From contig CBEUCH010000006.1 in assembly GCA_965541585.1 (NCBI GenBank), forward strand, positions 32,001 to 96,000: 64,000 bases of DNA, given 5' to 3'. Shown in pieces: positions 61,966-64,000 of this stretch. The stretch comes from an uncultured bacterium (lineage in GTDB: Bacteria > Zixibacteria > MSB-5A5 > UBA10806). Below the pieces are notes generated by a model. It did not search any database. It had not been told where the DNA came from and saw nothing but the letters and a program-made list of their open reading frames with translations. A program made the translations under genes and the position numbers. Each line of letters starts with the position of its first letter. Positions within the stretch are counted from its first letter, which is position 1.

Positions 61966-62585
61966 TTTCCCTCCTCCCTTAACTGCTTCTTTTGTATTTC
62001 CCTAACTCTGTCGAAGAATTCGTCTAAGGGTAAACCTTCCTTCCCGCCGGGTGGCAAATCTTCGAGATTCACCTCTGGCTTGAGAAAGAACTTCAAGGCA
62101 TGACTTATAGCTATCATTTTGTTTGTAGTGGAATCCAGCCTGACGTCGAATTTGCCTTGAGACAAAGCGACTATATTGAAGGGTTCTTCATCAGCTTGAA
62201 TAGTCACTTCATGTTGTGAAGCATCCACTCTCTGAAGCATAAGTACCGTCTCTTCATCGATGCTGATCTCTGGTGTACCGATGACAATCATTGATTTGTC
62301 GCCTACAGCCCCACCAGGTAGATAAATGGATATCTCCTCCTTCGTAAAACTGCCCTTCAGAGTGTCCTGCACCTGGAATACGGCCTTAGTATAAATTGCT
62401 GTCCCTTCCCTATTCCAGAAGCTCTCGATCTTAACAAACTTCCCCTTTACTACATGCGAGCTCGAACTAGTTAGCTCTTCAAGCGATAGTCGCACAAATT
62501 CAGTGGCTGTTGCTGTGGTTAGGAATCCCATAAGAAAGATAATCAGCAACATGGTTCGTTGTAGTGTTACATTTTGCTTTTTCAT
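61962..62585 (-). CDS. secreted hypothetical protein translationally coupled to the matrixin gene
   Basis: GAGAGGAG RBS, signal peptide, 'PGG.VG' motif; ATGA-type overlap with the matrixin start. Confidence 0.7.
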   Translation of the reverse strand: MKKQNVTLQRTMLLIIFLMGFLTTATATEFVRLSLEELTSSSSHVVKGKFVKIESFWNREGTAIYTKAVFQVQDTLKGSFTKEEISIYLPGGAVGDKSMIVIGTPEISIDEETVLMLQRVDASQHEVTIQADEEPFNIVALSQGKFDVRLDSTTNKMIAISHALKFFLKPEVNLEDLPPGGKEGLPLDEFFDRVREIQKKQLREEGK

Positions 62586-62788
62586 AATTCTCTCCTCTCT
62601 TTTTCTATTAAGAGAAAACAAAGGCCTAATATCCTCAAAACAATAAATTTGGTACCTTGAATTCTTTAATGGTTGGACCGGACTGCTCCCCATCTTTGGG
62701 CCGGTTTGAATGAAGATTTGCGATGAGATCGTTATGAATCTTTTAAAGTTCACCTGTACCTCCTCATAGCAAACCCAATGATGGGCGA

Positions 62789-62868
62789 TATTTCTAAAAC
62801 ATTCCCGGGGGGATGGGAAAACTTGTTTTTCAAAAAGAGCCTATTGTCCAGTATTGTCAAGGACTTTT
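62789..62868. repeat. about 80-bp upstream element, copy 2
   Basis: Near-identical to 59465-59544. Confidence 0.85.
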
Positions 62869-63070
62869 TTGCGGAATTTCAGTTACTGTCGCTTTAACCG
62901 CATACTCATCCCCCATTGGTCAGCCTCAAAAAGGTCAGACATGATGAATGGAGGGTTTGCGGAAACAAATAGGTCTCTGCGGAAAATTATCAATCAGGCC
63001 CTGATTGGTACGGAGGGTATTGATGGTGAACACAACAAAAAAATCCGACTTTCGTCAGGCTTGAAATCAA

Positions 63071-63114
63071 TGGCGGGGCCGAATCCCGCTTTTAGGGGGA
63101 GAACTTTCGACCTC
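63071..63114 (-). pseudogene. tRNA-Asp 3'-half remnant ending CCA with a palindrome in the T-arm
   Basis: Minus: GAGGTCGAAAGTTC-[TCCCCCTAAAAGCGGGA]-TTCGGCCCCGCCA versus intact GAGGTCGAGAGTTC-GAGTCTC-TTCGGCCCCG. Confidence 0.8.
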
Positions 63115-63130
63115 AAAAGCCTAAAAAAAG

Positions 63131-63205
63131 CGGGGCCGAAGAGACTCGAACTCTCGACCTCCTGCGTGACAGGCAGGCGTTCTAACCAAACTGAACTACG
63201 ACCCC
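63131..63205 (-). tRNA. tRNA-Asp(GTC), CCA not encoded
   Basis: GGGGTCGTAGTTCAGTTTGGTTAGAACGCCTGCCTGTCACGCAGGAGGTCGAGAGTTCGAGTCTCTTCGGCCCCG cloverleaf. Confidence 0.95.
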
Positions 63206-63215
63206 GTAAATTATT

Positions 63216-63479
63216 CTATTTTAAACGATCAACTTTTCTATCTATTAATCCCTTTATCCTATCTTTATTCTTCCATTTTTTTAACTTTTTTTCTCGGACC
63301 GTTGCTTCGGATCGACTCCCGAACTCTTCAACATATACTATTTCCCACGGTCTACAATATCTCGTCGATTTTGAACGTCCCTCATTATGCCGTCTGATTC
63401 GATCCTCAAGATCAGCCGTTGTACCGACGTAAAACCGTTCATTAATCTTACTCTTTAGAATATAAAGGTAACAAGCCAA
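63216..63479 (-). CDS. small GIY-YIG nuclease (UPF0213-like), copy 1
   Basis: 'YLYILKS....FYVGTT.DL..R...HN...S..T....PW..VY.E......A..RE..LK'; probable TTG start after GAGGAGG/AAAGG. Confidence 0.88.
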   Translation of the reverse strand: MACYLYILKSKINERFYVGTTADLEDRIRRHNEGRSKSTRYCRPWEIVYVEEFGSRSEATVREKKLKKWKNKDRIKGLIDRKVDRLK

Positions 63480-63503
63480 TTTACCTTTGTTATCCTCCTC
63501 AAT

Positions 63504-63564
63504 AACTCGCGACCTTCCCGACCTTTTAGGTCGGGACGTTCTAACCAAACTGAACTACGACCCC
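63504..63564 (-). pseudogene. pseudo-tRNA-Asp, anticodon arm replaced by 21-nt palindrome, truncated in T-loop
   Basis: GGGGTCGTAGTTCAGTTTGGTTAGAACG-[TCCCGACCTAAAAGGTCGGGA]-AGGTCGCGAGTT. Confidence 0.85.
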
Positions 63565-63574
63565 GTAAATTATT

Positions 63575-63838
63575 CTATTTTAAACGATCAACTTTTCTAT
63601 CTATTAATCCCTTTATCCTATCTTTATTCTTCCATTTTTTTAACTTTTTTTCTCGGACCGTTGCTTCGGATCGACTCCCGAACTCTTCAACATATACTAT
63701 TTCCCACGGTCTACAATATCTCGTCGATTTTGAACGTCCCTCATTATGCCGTCTGATTCGATCCTCAAGATCAGCCGTTGTACCGACGTAAAACCGTTCA
63801 TTAATCTTACTCTTTAGAATATAAAGGTAACAAGCCAA
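63575..63838 (-). CDS. small GIY-YIG nuclease, copy 2 (identical)
   Basis: Identical to 63216-63479. Confidence 0.88.
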   Translation of the reverse strand: MACYLYILKSKINERFYVGTTADLEDRIRRHNEGRSKSTRYCRPWEIVYVEEFGSRSEATVREKKLKKWKNKDRIKGLIDRKVDRLK

Positions 63839-63862
63839 TTTACCTTTGTTATCCTCCTCAAT

Positions 63863-63923
63863 AACTCGCGACCTTCCCGACCTTTTAGGTCGGGACGTTC
63901 TAACCAAACTGAACTACGACCCC
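63863..63923 (-). pseudogene. second pseudo-tRNA-Asp with palindrome
   Basis: Identical to 63504-63564. Confidence 0.85.
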
Positions 63924-63950
63924 GTAAAAAAATCTATTCTGTTTTCAATC

Positions 63951-64000
63951 TGGGCAGTGCTGGATTCGAACCAGCGACCTTCTGCGTGTAAAGCAGACGT
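63951..64000 (-). tRNA. tRNA-Val(TAC), 3' part (5' end outside window)
   Basis: TCTGC-TTTACAC-GCAGA anticodon arm, AGGTC, GCTGGTTCGAATCCAGC T-arm, ACTGCCCA. Confidence 0.88.

Larger units (their letters stand above)
63178..63928. repeat. perfect tandem repeat, 359-bp period (2 units + 33 bp)
   Basis: cgttctaaccaaactgaactacgaccccgtaaa recurs at 63178, 63537, 63896; intervening sequence identical. Confidence 0.95.

Noticed and set aside
62854..63432. 192-aa plus-strand ORF
   Set aside because: Antisense to tRNA-Asp and the GIY-YIG gene; no recognisable domain.
63178..63928. Group I intron with homing endonuclease in tRNA-Asp
   Set aside because: No room for a ribozyme core (264 of 359 nt is ORF), and the downstream tRNA is complete rather than a 3' exon.

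Overview
Bacterial chromosomal window, probably from an FCB-associated lineage such as candidate Zixibacteria. That is an inference from six secreted proteins ending in a 'YPNPFN...SGVYF.RL...K.VLLK' secretion-system C-terminal domain and three ending in a Cys-rich dockerin-like tail. Contents in order: (1-9.8 kb) cluster of modular secreted proteins; (9.8-15.8 kb, minus) betaine-type ABC importer, egtD, flavoprotein disulfide reductase and a frameshifted EamA; (15.9-21.4 kb) more secreted proteins; peptidases and hydrolases; (29.3-34.6 kb) an AT-rich variable locus between convergent nitroreductase and transglutaminase genes. That locus carries a TIR gene, an HD-phosphohydrolase + nucleotidyltransferase pair and an HDOD gene, separated by decayed copies of the flanking genes' 3' ends and REP-like palindrome doublets. 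Further on: a CBS/CGL operon, a 6S-like RNA, a DASS pseudogene, a catalytic-domain-only AsnRS paralogue behind tandem terminators, LKR/SDH genes, an uncharacterised membrane/DUF362/metallophosphoesterase operon and a matrixin-FG-GAP gene. The right end is a tRNA-Val/tRNA-Asp locus containing two identical 359-bp units, each a GIY-YIG nuclease gene behind a pseudo-tRNA-Asp whose anticodon arm is exactly replaced by a 21-nt palindrome. The best candidates for undescribed systems are the tRNA-mimic/GIY-YIG element and the HD+NTase(+TIR) putative defence locus. All annotations come from reading motifs by eye; no database search was run.
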